Shown: positions 24,038-36,189 of the stretch, in pieces
How positions within the stretch are numbered: position 1 is the first letter of the stretch
How the letters are laid out: each line of letters opens with the position of its first letter
Source of the DNA: an uncultured virus (IMG/VR IMGVR_UViG_2061766007_000155)
Lineage: Duplodnaviria; Heunggongvirae; Uroviricota; Caudoviricetes
Reading direction: 5' to 3' (one strand)
IMG/VR virus record: IMGVR_UViG_2061766007_000155
Length of the DNA stretch: 64,000 bases
Made by a program: the position numbers and the translations under genes
The notes under the pieces: generated by a model
Seen by the model: only the letters and a program-made list of their open reading frames with translations
Told to the model about the DNA's origin: nothing
Databases searched by the model: none

Positions 24038-27000
24038 ATGGCTATTGTTGTCTATACGAAGAGTTTGCTTGAAGCCTGGGCCAGTCACCTGGCAGGCAGT
24101 AAGAAGCCGCGCCGTCCGGCCCTCGAGGCGAGGGCGAAGGCAAGCGATTTCGACCCGGTCGATGACGATTTCTCCGAAGACGACCTGGGCGACAGCGAAG
24201 TTGACAGCGATTTCGGCAACATAGGCCGGACGACGGACTATTCCGGCGACAGCACGATGGGATACGACGAGACCGGCGTGGACAGCGAGCTGGACAACCA
24301 GTACAGCCGTTTCGGCATGACCGTGAACGAGGTGGACCCGGCCACGGGCCGCCCGGCAAGCACCGGGAATACGTCCAAAGCGGCCAGGAACAGGTTCACC
24401 GCACAGGACTTCAAGAAGGCAGTCGCCCAGCGCCGGCGCACCGACGCCAAGCGCCTATACACGGAAATCGCCACGATTGCGGCGAAGTACCTGGGTTTCT
24501 TCGGCAACTTTTCCGGAGAAGGCGTACCCGAGGAGATACGGGAAATTGCGTCCGGTATTGTGGAAAGGCTCGGCGATACCCCGGGGATTGGTGACGCCGA
24601 TTCCTATATCCTGGGTACGCAGGGCCTTATCAGGAGCATGGAAGAGCTAGGCATCGCCGCCAGGAAGCACAATGCCGTCCCGGAGGGAATCCCGGACAAC
24701 ATGATTACCGCCGAGCAGCTATCGANNNNNNNNNNNNNNNNNNNNNNNNNNNNNNNNNNNNNNNNNNNNNNNNNNNNNNNNNNNNNNNNNNNNNNNNNNN
24801 NNNNNNNNNNNNNNNNNNNNNNNNNNNNNNNNNNNNNNNNNNNNNNNNNNNNNNNNNNNNNNNNNNNNNNNNNNNNNNNNNNNNNNNNNNNNNNNNNNNN
24901 NNNNNNNNNNNNNNNNNNNNNNNNNNNNNNNNNNNNNNNNNNNNNNNNNNNNNNNNNNNNNNNNNNNNNNNNNNNNNNNNNNNNNNNNNNNNNNNNNNNN
25001 NNNNNNNNNNNNNNNNNNNNNNNNNNNNNNNNNNNNNNNNNNNNNNNNNNNNNNNNNNNNNNNNNNNNNNNNNNNNNNNNNNNNNNNNNNNNNNNNNNNN
25101 NNNNNNNNNNNNTAACATGGCAGGCACCGGTACGGCAGAAGCGCCTACCATGCCGCCGAGCACTATGGACCTCGACAAGTCCAGCTTTGCACCATGGAAC
25201 AATAAGATTGCCTCGAAAGCCGACCAGGATTATGCGGACATGATGAGGAAGGACCGGGCAGATAGTTCCATCTATTCGAGACAGACAACGAACATGCATG
25301 CCGAACATCTGACCCAGGAAGATTCCAGGTCGGCCAATACAATAGTACCGCATACACTGTTCGTCACTGCATGCGAGCGAATCGAGAAAGACCGCCTTGG
25401 CGGCATGCACAGGAACGCCCGCGGTGCACTCATGAAGGAATTCAACGGAAGCGTGGACACGGTGGCCACGTACCTGCTGATGTACGGCCCGAAGGAACTC
25501 AAGAAATCATTCGGCGTCCATCCGCCGCGGCTAGCCGGGGCGTCCGACTCGGCATGCTTCATGTTCCGCTCCAGCCTCACACCGCACAGGTTCCCCGCGA
25601 GCGCGGCATGCCTGCGCGAGCTCAAGGCCATGCTGACTAGCATCAAGACGGAACTCAAGACGAAGCGCGGTGTACTGGTCGACCTCGGCGGGACCGTGTA
25701 CGATTCGTTCCCCGTATTCGACACCAAGGGCGAACCCAGCGCGGGCAAGACGATTGGCGCGGTGGAATTCATCGACAATATCATTACCAGCATCGACAAC
25801 GCCACATCTACTACGGGGGTCAGCGTCAAGACGATAGTGTCCCCGGAACTGGATTACGCCATCGACAGGGCATTGCAGCTCAAGAAAAATGCGAGGAGGG
25901 TGCATGTCGGAGGCAAATGGCAATCCAGCAAGGGGGAAACCGTCCCGCTGTTCGAGTATTTCACCCGTGCAGGCGTAATGGTAAACTCCATCAGGATGGA
26001 CAGCGAGCGCTTCAACGACAACGCCACATACAAGACAACCGGCGACAATATAACGTATGAGGACATGCAAGACAGCGACAGTGGCTCGCTCACGGCAGAC
26101 GTAACCAACTCCTACGTGGATTCGTTCCTCGAGCAGCGCGCCATCTGGACAATGTGCAAGGCGTGCGGCATGGACCCGGAAACCCGCCCGACGACCGATT
26201 CGCCGGAGAAGGAAAAGGTCAACTTCATCATGCAGCTCCTGTTCAGGATTTCCGGTATCATGGGCGAGCTCGGCTCGGATTCCTACCTCCGCAGGCTTCC
26301 GGGCAACGGAATCGAGGAAGTGCTCGGTCCCAAGGACCGTGCGGTGTACGGGATGGACNNNNNNNNNNAAGGATTTCAAGAAGGCAGTCGCCCAGCGCCG
26401 GCGCACCGACGCCAAGCGCCTATATATGGAAATCGCCGCGATTGCGGCGAAGTACCTAGGTTTCTTCGGCAACTTTTCCGGAGAAGGCGTACCCGAGGAG
26501 ATACGGGGAATTGCGTCCGGTATTGTGGAAAGGCTCGGCGATACACCGGGGATTGGTGACGCCGATTCCTATATCCTGGGTACGCAGGGTCTTATCAGGA
26601 GCATGGAAGAGCTAGGCATCGCCGCCAGGAAGCACAATGTCGTCCCGGAGGGAATCCCGGACAACATGATTACCGCCGAGCAGCTATCGACACTCATCTA
26701 CCTGTGCCGTTCGGTCGAATCAATGGTATACATGATGCGCAACGAGGACGACCTCAACTCGATGAACACGCTGTCCACGAAGCGTCTTGCCGCCAGGGCT
26801 ACCTCCATCAACAGGAACATGGCAGGCACCGGTACGGCAGAAGAGCCTACCATGCCGCCGAGCACTATGGAGCTCGACAAGTCCAGCTTTGCACCATGGA
26901 ACAATAGGATTATCTCGAAAGCCGCCCAGGAATATTCGAATATGACGAGGAAGGAGCGGGACGATAATCACATCTATTCGCCCCAGTCAACGAACATGCG

Positions 27001-30000
27001 TGCCGAACATCTGAGCCAGGAAGATTCCAAGTCGGCCAATGCAATAGTACCGCATACACTGTTCGTTACTGCCTGCGAGCGAATCGAGAAAGACCGCCTG
27101 GGCGGCATGCACAGGAACGCCCGCGGTGCCCTCATGAAGGAATTCAACGGAAGCGTGGACACGGTGGCTATGTACCTGCTGTTGTACGGCCCGAAGGAAC
27201 TCAAGAAATCCTTCGGCGTCCATCCGCCGCGGCTACCCGGGGCGTCCGACTCGGCATGCTTCATGTTCCGCTCCAGCCTCACACCGCACAGGTTCCCCGC
27301 GAGCGCGGCATGCCTGCGCGAGCTCAATGCCATGCTGGCCAACATCAAGACGGAACTCAAGACGAAGCGCGCTGTGCTGGTCGACCTCGGCGGGACCGTG
27401 TACGATTCGTTCCCCATATTCGACACCAAGGGCGAACCTAGTGATGGAAAGACGATAGGCGCGGTGGAATTCATCGACAATATCATTACCAGCATCAACA
27501 ACGCCACATCTGCTACGGGGGTCAGCGTCAAGACGATAGTGTCCCCGGAACTGGCTTACACCGTCGACAGGACATTGCAGCTCAAGAAAAATGCGAGGAG
27601 GGTGCATGTCGGAGGCAAATGGCAATCCGGCAAGGGGGAAACCGTCCCGCTGTTCGATTATTTCTCCCGTGCAGGTACAGTAGTAAACTCCATCAGGATG
27701 GACAGCGAGCGCTTCAACGACAACGCCACATANNNNNNNNNNNNNNNNNNNNNNNNNNNNNNNNNNNNNNNNNNGGACAGCGACAGCGGCTCGCTCACGA
27801 CGGACGTAACCAACTCCTACGTGGATTCGTTCCTCGAGCAGCGCGCCATCTGGACAATGTGCAAGGCGTGCGGCCTGGACCCGGAAACCCGCCCGACAAC
27901 CGAGTCGCCGGAGAAGGAAAAGGTTAACTTCATAATGCAGCTCCTGTTCAGGATTTCCGGCATCATGGGCGAGCTCGGCTCGGATTCCTACCTCCGCAGG
28001 CTTCCGGGCAANNNNNNNNNNAGCAGCATCACAGATGCATGGCGCGGGGCGTTGAACAAATACAGCGCCGAACACGGCAACAACGCGGTTGACGGTCTGT
28101 CGCCTGAGGCCGCAAACTTCGTGCAGAACCTTGACTACATAAAGAACATGCTCATNNNNNNNNNNGGCAGCATCACCGAGGCATGGCGCGGGGCTTTGAA
28201 CAAATACAGCGCCGAACACGGCAACAATGCGGTTGACGGGCTGTCGCCGGAGGCCGCAAACTTCGTGCAGAACCTTGACTACATAAAGAACATGCTCATC
28301 AAGTACGCGAGACACCTGGTCAAGTGGCTGCAGTCTTTCCAGAACTACGACTACGACAAGAACGACCTGGTCATGTCACTGACCGGCTCCCGTGCAGAAT
28401 TCGAGAAGGCAAAGGGGCTGCTCAACCCCTACGTCGAGATGGTCCCGCTTGTCCTCGGCATCGCCGGGTCGGACATCCTTTCAGGCCCGGGCGGACGCCA
28501 GAGCGACGAGTACAGGCTCGCCGCCACCTACGTCAACAGGCTGCAGAGGGAAATCGGGGTGAACGTCTTCTCGCCGAGCGCAATCGATACCGCAATCCGG
28601 TACGCGAAGGACAGCTATAGCGGAAGGGAGGAGATGCTGGACTATGCCACGCGCGAACTCGACGAAGCATCGGCATCCGACTGGAGTACCTTGCTCGAAT
28701 GGTCGGCAATCAGGTTCCTGATGTCCGAAATAGGCGAGAAGGGCAATCTCATCCCGCCGGGAACCACGGGTGCCACCGCCGAAGGCGAGGGGGAAGCGCC
28801 GGCGGAGACGGAAAGCGGACATGCCGACGATTCCGCGGAAATACTGAAGAAGCTGGAGGAGTACCGCCAGGTGCTCGCGGACAAGCCGAAGTTCCTCAAG
28901 CGCGACGCATGGCTGCGCCAGAAAGGCATCGACCCGGCCGAGTACGACTACCTTGAACAGAAGGCCCAGGGCAACGACGTGGAGGACCCGAACGCGGAAC
29001 CCCCGGAGGAAGCNNNNNNNNNNNNNNNNNNNNNNNNNNNNNNNNNNNNNNNNNNNNNNNNNNNNNNNNNNNNNNNNNNNNNNNNNNNNNNNNNNNNNNN
29101 NNNNNNNNNNNNNNNNNNNNNNNNNNNNNNNNNNNNNNNNNNNNNNCGCTATTCATACGAAAATTGTGAACATATTGTTGGTACACGGTGGATAACCTGT
29201 GAATATAGTGTTGATAGGCAAGCCGTCCCCGGGATATCCGAGGCGCTAGTCGTCTGGCCGGCGCACACTTTCTCCGACAGGGACAGGGTCACGCTGGCNN
29301 NNNNNNNNACTGAGGGTCATCGACTACTCTCCAGTCCAGATTTCCAACTGGCTCAAGAACGACTACGCCAGGAGCGGGAAGTACGGCGAGATGATTGTGC
29401 TCATGCTCGCCCTNNNNNNNNNNGCTGAGGGTCATCGACTACTCTCCCGTCCAGATTTCCAACTGGCTCAAGAACGAGTACGCCAGGAGCGGGAAGTACG
29501 GCGAGATGATTGTGCTCATGCTCGCCCTCAGCCACCTGTGCTCGCTGTCGCACGATACCGACATGGGCTCCATGTCGGCTTTCCAGGAGGACGCTGTAAA
29601 CGAGAACGCCCACGACGTCAGCATGCGCAGGCTGCTACGCCTCACTGACGCCATGGCGGAATACGGGAGCGACCTGGTAGGTAGAGTCATTGGCGACCTG
29701 GTCGGCGACGGCGGGGAGTCCCTGTCGGCGTTNNNNNNNNNNGTTCCAGGAGGACTCGGTAAACGAGAACGCCCACGACGCCAGCATGCGCAGGCTGCTA
29801 CGCCTAACCGACGCCATGGCGGAATACGGGAGCGACCTGGTAGGCAGAGTCATTGGCGACCTGGTCGGCGACGGCGGGGAGTCCCTGTCGGCGTTGCTGA
29901 AAATCATCGGCTCCGATGAACCGCTTACCCTTGACGAGCTCGATGGTTTCCTCGCCAACGAAGACGGCGAGACACAGGAGCCGAAGACCGAGGAGGAAGT

Positions 30001-31613
30001 CGCCGAGGAACTGTACCAGGTGATTGTACAGCTGTCCTTCACTCCNNNNNNNNNNNNNNNNNNNNNNNNNNNNNNNNNNNNNNNNNNNNNNNNNNNNNNN
30101 NNNNNNNNNNNNNNNNNNNNNNNNNNNNNNNNNNNNNNNNNNNNNNNNNNNNNNNNNNNNNNNNNNNNNNNNNNNNNNNNNNNNNNNNNNNNNNNNNNNN
30201 NNNNNNNNNNNNNNNNNNNNNNNNNNNNNNNNNNNNNNNNNNNNNNNNNNNNNNNNNNNNNNNNNNNNNNNNNNNNNNNNNNNNNNNNNNNNNNNNNNNN
30301 NNNNNNNNNNNNNNNNNNNNNNNNNNNNNNNNNNNNNNNNNNNNNNNNNNNNNNNNNNNNNNNNNNNNNNNNNNNNNNNNNNNNNNNNNNNNNNNNNNNN
30401 NNNNNNNNNNNNNNNNNNNNNNNNNNNNNNNNNNNNNNNNNNNNNNNNNNNNNNNNNNNNNNNNNNNNNNNNNNNNNNNNNNNNNNNNNNNNNNNNNNNN
30501 NNNNNTGCTATTCATACGAAAATTGTGAACATATTGTTTGTACACGGTGGATAACCTGTGAATATAGTGTTGATAGACAAGCCGTCCCCGGAATATCCGA
30601 GGCGCTCGTCGTCTGGCCGGCGCACACTTTCTCCGACAGGGACAGGGTCACGCTGGCNNNNNNNNNNTCCATCGACGAGTCGGCCACGGTGACCACCATA
30701 GTGTACTCCCCGAGGACCCNNNNNNNNNNGACATCGGCGAGTCGGCCACGGTGACCACCATAGTGTACTCCCCGAGGACCCCGGTCGACAACGTGCCGGC
30801 CAACTACTCGGCACCGTCAACGGGATTGCTGTTCGGCTCATCGTTCAGGCTCACCGGGACGGGAGACGTGGACAACTCCTCGACGAGGTCCAACGTCACG
30901 GCACCGCCGGTATATCCGTTCAGGTACGGCTCGTTCGACCTGGAAAACCCGGACATGGGCGGGGCGATAACCGACGGGAGCATGCGTGTCGGCGCCGGGA
31001 GGTTCGGCGTAATCACGTTCATGCCACCTGGACCGCTCGAACACTATACCGGCAACCAGTTCAGCATCTACGTCAGGGTAAAGGGAAGCACCGAGGTCTC
31101 GACGGAGCTGTGCATGTCGCAGGTGTCTGACCCGGGATGGTCCGTGTCAAGCAACGCTGCGGACGTCTACTCGACCGTGTACAGGGTGCCGCTCGGCAAG
31201 ACCGAGATAAAGAGCGACCAGACGCCCGACCAGACATGCAACTATACGTATACCGACCCTTTCATCTTCAACGTCCCGGTCTCGCTCAGCGACAAGTGGT
31301 GCCTCGCGGGTACCCCGGTGTCGCTCGCGTTCACCCTCTACGGCCGTGACGGGGCGGCNNNNNNNNNNACTCGATGGGTTCCTCGCCAAAGAAGACGGCG
31401 AGACACTGGAGCCGAAGACCGAGGATGAAGTCGCCGAGGAACTGTACCAGGTGATTGTACAGCTGTCCTTCACTCCNNNNNNNNNNATTCCTCGCCAAAG
31501 AAGACGGAGAGACACGGGAGCCGAAGACCGAGGAGGAAGTTGCCGAGGAACTGTACCAGGTGATTGTACAGCTGTCCTTCACTCCGTTCCTGACGTTCAA
31601 CGGAATCGATTAA
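24038..31613 (+). CDS. Large late hypothetical protein (over 1200 aa), present as interleaved allelic fragments; unrelated baseplate-gene fragments are interposed at 29147-29298 and 30506-31357
   Basis: Starts MAIVVYTKSLLEAW; alleles at 24038-26358 and 26369-29013; tail fragments end ...QLSFTPFLTFNGID* at 31613. Confidence 0.65.
29165..29217 (+). repeat. Array of five DnaA-box-like 9-mers at 11-bp period; allelic copy at 30524-30576
   Basis: TGTGAACAT, TGTTGGTAC, GGTGGATAA, TGTGAATAT and TGTTGATAG start at 29165, 29176, 29187, 29198 and 29209; consensus box is TGTGNATAA. Confidence 0.55.
30506..31357 (+). CDS. Internal fragments of the large baseplate gp25-domain protein
   Basis: Ends GTPVSLAFTLYGRDGA, which overlaps the start of the 32538-33407 fragment. 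Confidence 0.6.
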
Positions 31614-31638
31614 CTTGCGTATTTAGACGGTTACTGCG

Positions 31639-33407
31639 ATGGGATTACAGAAGATAGTTGACGAGATTGCTGGGCGCATCCTGGACAGCGGGATGTACGC
31701 GTGCTCCATCCGGTTCGCCGACGAGGGGGTAGACCCCGGCGACTACCGGGTGAGGCTCTTCTTCAGGTACGAGGGTACCAACGACCTCAGCTCCGCTGGC
31801 GGGGCCGGGCTGTACGCAATGTCCAGCAACCCGTGCGACCGCATCTACTACGACGACTGGAACGGCGTCTTCAGGCGGCCGTTCGTCGACACCACCGGCC
31901 GTCCGCACGACTCCTCGTTCAACGTCGAGGTCGACTGCGAGTTCTCTGGGGACGGCCTGGAGCACGAGCTGTCTTTCATGAACCGTGCCGGCAACCCGGT
32001 CAGCCTGGGCGGCGAGTCGGTACTGAACGGTACGTATGCGGACGGGAACCTCCCGGTGAACGTCCTGCTCGAGCGCAGGGATTCCGTCGCCACAATCAGG
32101 TCGGCCAGCTACGACGCCTCCACGGGTACAGTCACAGTCGAGACCGACGGACCGCACGGCTTCGCCGACGGCGACGCCGTGTCGATTACGGGGTTCCCGG
32201 CCACCGACCACTCCTGCGGGGTGAACGGCGAGCGCTACAACGGGACATACCGCATCAAGGTCACCGGGGAAACCGGGTTCAGCTACAGGACCAGGTTCTA
32301 CGANNNNNNNNNNGGCAATCAGGTCGGCCAGCTACGATGCCTCCACGGGCACCGTCACTGTCGAGACCGACGGCCCGCACGGCTTCGCCGACGGTGACGC
32401 CGTGTCGATTACGGGGTTCCCCGCCACCGACCACTCCTGCGGGGTGAACGGCGAGCGCTACAACGGGACGTACCGAATCAAGGTCACCGGGGAAACCGGG
32501 TTCAGCTACAGGACCAGGTTCTACGANNNNNNNNNNAGGTACCCCGGTGTCGCTCGCGTTCACCCTCTACGGCCGTGACGGGGCGGCAGTCGAACTCGAC
32601 ACCGACGTGAACGCCGAGGGCTTCAAGATAATCCTCTCCAGGAGCGAGGACCACGGCGAGGTCGTCCCAATCACGGTCAGGGTGTTCCCCTCGTTCGTCT
32701 CCGCCGGGGACACCGTGAGGGTGGTTTCGCAGAACACCGCGGAATTCGACGCCCCGATTGGGAACTACCGGGTAAGGCTGGGAGGCGACACGGACACTTC
32801 CAGGTGGGTCCCCGTGACGTCCAACGACGGCACCACGCTCACGTTCACCATGCCTGCCGGGTACGGGGGCAACGTGACGATGGTCGTCATGGAGAAACCG
32901 ACTGAGGCCGGGTGGGACTCGCCCGACGTACACGAGCGGACTGTGCCCGTAGTGCTCGACGCGAGGGCCGTCGTGCAGAAGGTGAAGAAGCTCAACGAGC
33001 GCCTGAAGCCGGGAGTCGTCGATTCCACCGTCAGCCGCTCCGCCTCCTACAACAGGGATTTCGGGTACAAGGGATTCACCGAGATTACCGACGAGAACAG
33101 CATGATGCAGAACCTGTACAGCTGCCTTCTTACCAGGAAAGGCGAGCGCCTGTTCAACCCGGAATTCGGCACCACCATAGAGGAACGCATATTCAGCCTC
33201 AGGACCGGAGGCAACCCGAACGAAATACTGAAGGAGTGCATCACGGTTCTCGAGACGTACGAGCCGAGGATAAGGCTCGTGTACGAGCAGTGCAACATCA
33301 CCGACAGGGGCCCGCACGGTATATGCCTCACGCTCGGCGTGATTGTACCCGGCGGGAACGTGCAGACGGTCGACATACCTTTCAAGAATAGGGGCCGCCT
33401 CGTATGA
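31639..33407 (+). CDS. Multi-domain baseplate protein with a C-terminal gp25-like domain (fragmented)
   Basis: SMMQNLYSCLLTRKGERLFNPEFGT...LETYEPRI is gp25-like; the N-terminal part has a TVTVETDGPHGFADGDAVSITG...YNGTYRI beta domain. Confidence 0.8.
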
Positions 33408-34315
33408 TTCTCCAGCACAGGGGGAAGACGCAGGTAGTGTACCTTCCGGAAATAGACGCCGGGCACATAGTGCTCGGCGAGTCGATGGGCCTGTGCGACA
33501 TATACGGCAAGCCCGAGGCGCACGCGACCATAGAGAAGGTGAAGTACACCACCGACTGCGACGTCACGCTGGACGCATGGAAGATGGTCGGCGAGACCGT
33601 CGAGGTGTACGTGCTTCCCTCCAGGATACCGATAAAGGACGGCAGCGCTTCAGAGATGGCCAAGGCGCTCAACTCGTTCAACTCCCCTAGGTACGACTTC
33701 GGCAAGTACGTGTTCACCGGGAAGTTCACCGGCGACCCCACGCGGTACACCCTGAAGGACAAGGCGGGGAGGAAGATTACCACCTCGGCCGACCTGATGA
33801 AGGACATTCCGGGGATATACAACCTGATGGCCAACCTGGGCGCGGACGGGGGCAAGCTCTTCGAGCCGGTAATAGCCAGGTACATGTGGACAATATGGCA
33901 CCTAAGGGGACGGCCGTCGAAGTTCCAGCCGGTCGGATACCTCGACCTGCACGACTACCTGTGCGTGATAAGGGACGACAGGCGTAACATGTTCAGCAGG
34001 CAGAACGGGCACGCGCTAATCAACGTGCAGCTCGGGAAGAAGCCTTTCGTGACGGTCACCGGAGTTGACCAGAATACCAACCAGGCGATGCTCCAGCTGG
34101 AGGACGCCGTGGTGATAGACCGCGAGAAGGACAGGACCTTCAAGCCGTACGTGTTGGTGTCGAACCGTCCCTTCGATATACACCAGGAACTGAAGTTCCG
34201 GTGGGCCAGGGTGGACTTCCAGGGGCACGCGGTGTTCCTCATACCCGTCATGAGCATGTCCGGCACATGGACGCACATGGCCAACATGATAGACCTGCTT
34301 TCGCCGCGACAGTAA
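33404..34315 (+). CDS. Hypothetical protein
   Basis: 303-aa ORF with ATGA start/stop coupling to the upstream gene. Confidence 0.75.
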   Translation: MILQHRGKTQVVYLPEIDAGHIVLGESMGLCDIYGKPEAHATIEKVKYTTDCDVTLDAWKMVGETVEVYVLPSRIPIKDGSASEMAKALNSFNSPRYDFGKYVFTGKFTGDPTRYTLKDKAGRKITTSADLMKDIPGIYNLMANLGADGGKLFEPVIARYMWTIWHLRGRPSKFQPVGYLDLHDYLCVIRDDRRNMFSRQNGHALINVQLGKKPFVTVTGVDQNTNQAMLQLEDAVVIDREKDRTFKPYVLVSNRPFDIHQELKFRWARVDFQGHAVFLIPVMSMSGTWTHMANMIDLLSPRQ

Positions 34316-34352
34316 AAAGTGACTTTTTCGTCAATTGTTGAAGAGCTTGCAC

Positions 34353-34381
34353 TTGCTTTTCAAATCCCGAATATTTATATT
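34353..34381 (+). promoter_or_regulatory. Host sigma70-like promoter opening the recombination/replication block
   Basis: TTGCTT-N17-TATATT in an AT-rich intergenic gap. Confidence 0.55.
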
Positions 34382-34394
34382 ACCCAGTGGACTT

Positions 34395-34706
34395 ATGGAA
34401 GAAGCAATACTACTTTACCGGGATGCCTACGGCATCTGCCGAATTACCGGGCTTAGCAGGAAGGAGCTGGCTGAGCAGGGTGTCTACGTCGGTGACGACA
34501 TAGCGTTCGGTTTCATGAGCTCCTTGGACATGGAGTCCGAGTATCAGTCGGACCCTGCCGGAGTCAGGACGTCGAGCCCGCTCAAGGAGAACCCGGCATA
34601 CCTGATGTACCTCGACATGAAGGCATCGGGGAAGGCTATCAACCATACCACTCTAGGGAAGAGTAATTTTTACAGTGTCCTGTCCGTGAGAGATACGGCC
34701 AGGTGA
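34395..34706 (+). CDS. Hypothetical protein
   Basis: CTTATGG start context shared with other replication genes. Confidence 0.6.
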   Translation: MEEAILLYRDAYGICRITGLSRKELAEQGVYVGDDIAFGFMSSLDMESEYQSDPAGVRTSSPLKENPAYLMYLDMKASGKAINHTTLGKSNFYSVLSVRDTAR

Positions 34707-34730
34707 TTTTTTATATGAGAGGATAGTGAT

Positions 34731-36071
34731 ATGGCTACTAAGAAAAAGGGGGCTGACGCCCTTGCCGTAAACCCGTGGGCATTCTTTGACACGGTCACGA
34801 CCACGGACCCGTTCGTCGACGCCGGCGTCGACCGCCCGACTTACGGATTCGCCGACTCGGGGAGCTACGCGCTCAACGCGGTAATCTGCGGAGACTGCTA
34901 CGGCGGTTTCCCGAAGAACAAGGTAATCCAGGCTGCCGGCCTGTACGGCTCCGGCAAGTCCCTGATTGGCAAGTACAACTTCTGCCCGCCCCTGTTCGCG
35001 GACCAGTACTTCATCTACTACATCGATACCGAGAACGAGACCACCAAGGAAGACCTCAAGTTCTACGCGGACTTCCCGGAAAGGCAGTTCAAGGTTCTGC
35101 ACTTCCATACGGTGGAACAGTGCCATCACGGTATCTCCACCATCCTGAAGCAGCTCGAAGACTACATGAAGGAGAACAAGACCCTCATCAACCCGCACAA
35201 GCTCGCCTTCGTGCTGGACTCCCAGGGTATGCTTTCCACCAACAAGGCCGTGAACGACGTGATTGCCGGCGAGGACAAGACTGACCTTACCAAGGCCAAG
35301 AAGCTCGCCGCTATGTATCGCGACATCACCTTCCGTATGGGTGAACTCGGCTGCCCGATGTACGTGACTAACCACATGTACATCGACCCGAATGCGGCAG
35401 CTACCCATAGCGACCCGAAGAAGGTTGCCGGCGGTGAAGGTGCCAAGTATTCCGCGTCTGTCATCCTGTCTGTGTACAAGCTGCTTGAACGTGTGAATGT
35501 CGGTTCCTCCAAGGACGACAAGAAGAAGGAAGTCCAGGGTATCTTCATCCAGGTCGGCAACATCAAGAACCGCATGGTTCATGAAGGTTTCGGTACCAGG
35601 CTGTATCTCAGCTACAAGAACGGCCTCAGCCGTTACTATGGCTTGCATGTCTGGGCTCAGGAAGCTGGCCTCATCCAGAAGTACACCAACCAGAAGGATT
35701 GGCCGGGTCTCGAACTCCCGAAGATTAACGGCAAGACCTTCCTCGGCAACAAGTGGGTTATCTGTGACCCGAACAAGCCGAGGGACCAGTGGCTCGTCGC
35801 CCCGGAACCGAGGCTCCATACGGCCCAGTACATCGGTACTATCCTTGACCCCATCAACGAGTATGTCAAGGCCAGGTACAAGAACCAGAAGCTCGGTGTG
35901 TTCGGCGACGAGAATACCGAGGCCGCTACCGAGGACGAACTGTCCAAGGTCGATGAATCCCTGCTCGACACGGCCGATGCCGAAGTCAACAGCAAGCTCA
36001 TCAAGAAGGCCGCCCAGCAGGCGGAGGCCCTTGGCCTCGATGCCGAGAAGGACCTTGATAGCGAGTCATAG
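34731..36071 (+). CDS. uvsX: UvsX/RecA-like recombinase
   Basis: DSGSYALNAVI, Walker A GLYGSGKS, YIDTE, FVLDSQGML, VTNHMY, GGEGAKYSASVI, KNR. Confidence 0.93.
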   Translation: MATKKKGADALAVNPWAFFDTVTTTDPFVDAGVDRPTYGFADSGSYALNAVICGDCYGGFPKNKVIQAAGLYGSGKSLIGKYNFCPPLFADQYFIYYIDTENETTKEDLKFYADFPERQFKVLHFHTVEQCHHGISTILKQLEDYMKENKTLINPHKLAFVLDSQGMLSTNKAVNDVIAGEDKTDLTKAKKLAAMYRDITFRMGELGCPMYVTNHMYIDPNAAATHSDPKKVAGGEGAKYSASVILSVYKLLERVNVGSSKDDKKKEVQGIFIQVGNIKNRMVHEGFGTRLYLSYKNGLSRYYGLHVWAQEAGLIQKYTNQKDWPGLELPKINGKTFLGNKWVICDPNKPRDQWLVAPEPRLHTAQYIGTILDPINEYVKARYKNQKLGVFGDENTEAATEDELSKVDESLLDTADAEVNSKLIKKAAQQAEALGLDAEKDLDSES

Positions 36072-36100
36072 TCGACACGGTATCGAAAATATATACGAAG

Positions 36101-36126
36101 TGGCCGGGGTGTCCCGGTCATTTTTT
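36101..36126 (+). terminator. Intrinsic terminator
   Basis: TGGCCGGG-GTGT-CCCGGTCA followed by a T run. Confidence 0.75.
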
Positions 36127-36135
36127 GCTATATTT
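36126..36135 (+). promoter_or_regulatory. TGCTATATTT early/middle promoter motif; also at 40149, 41966, 51771, 56053 and 58516
   Basis: Exact 10-mer before the helicase, SSB, primase, polymerase and clamp-loader genes. Confidence 0.75.
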
Positions 36136-36189
36136 GAAATAGGCTAAATCCCGTTCATTTAGTAGCGTGGGTAAAGCCATTGTAAGCCT

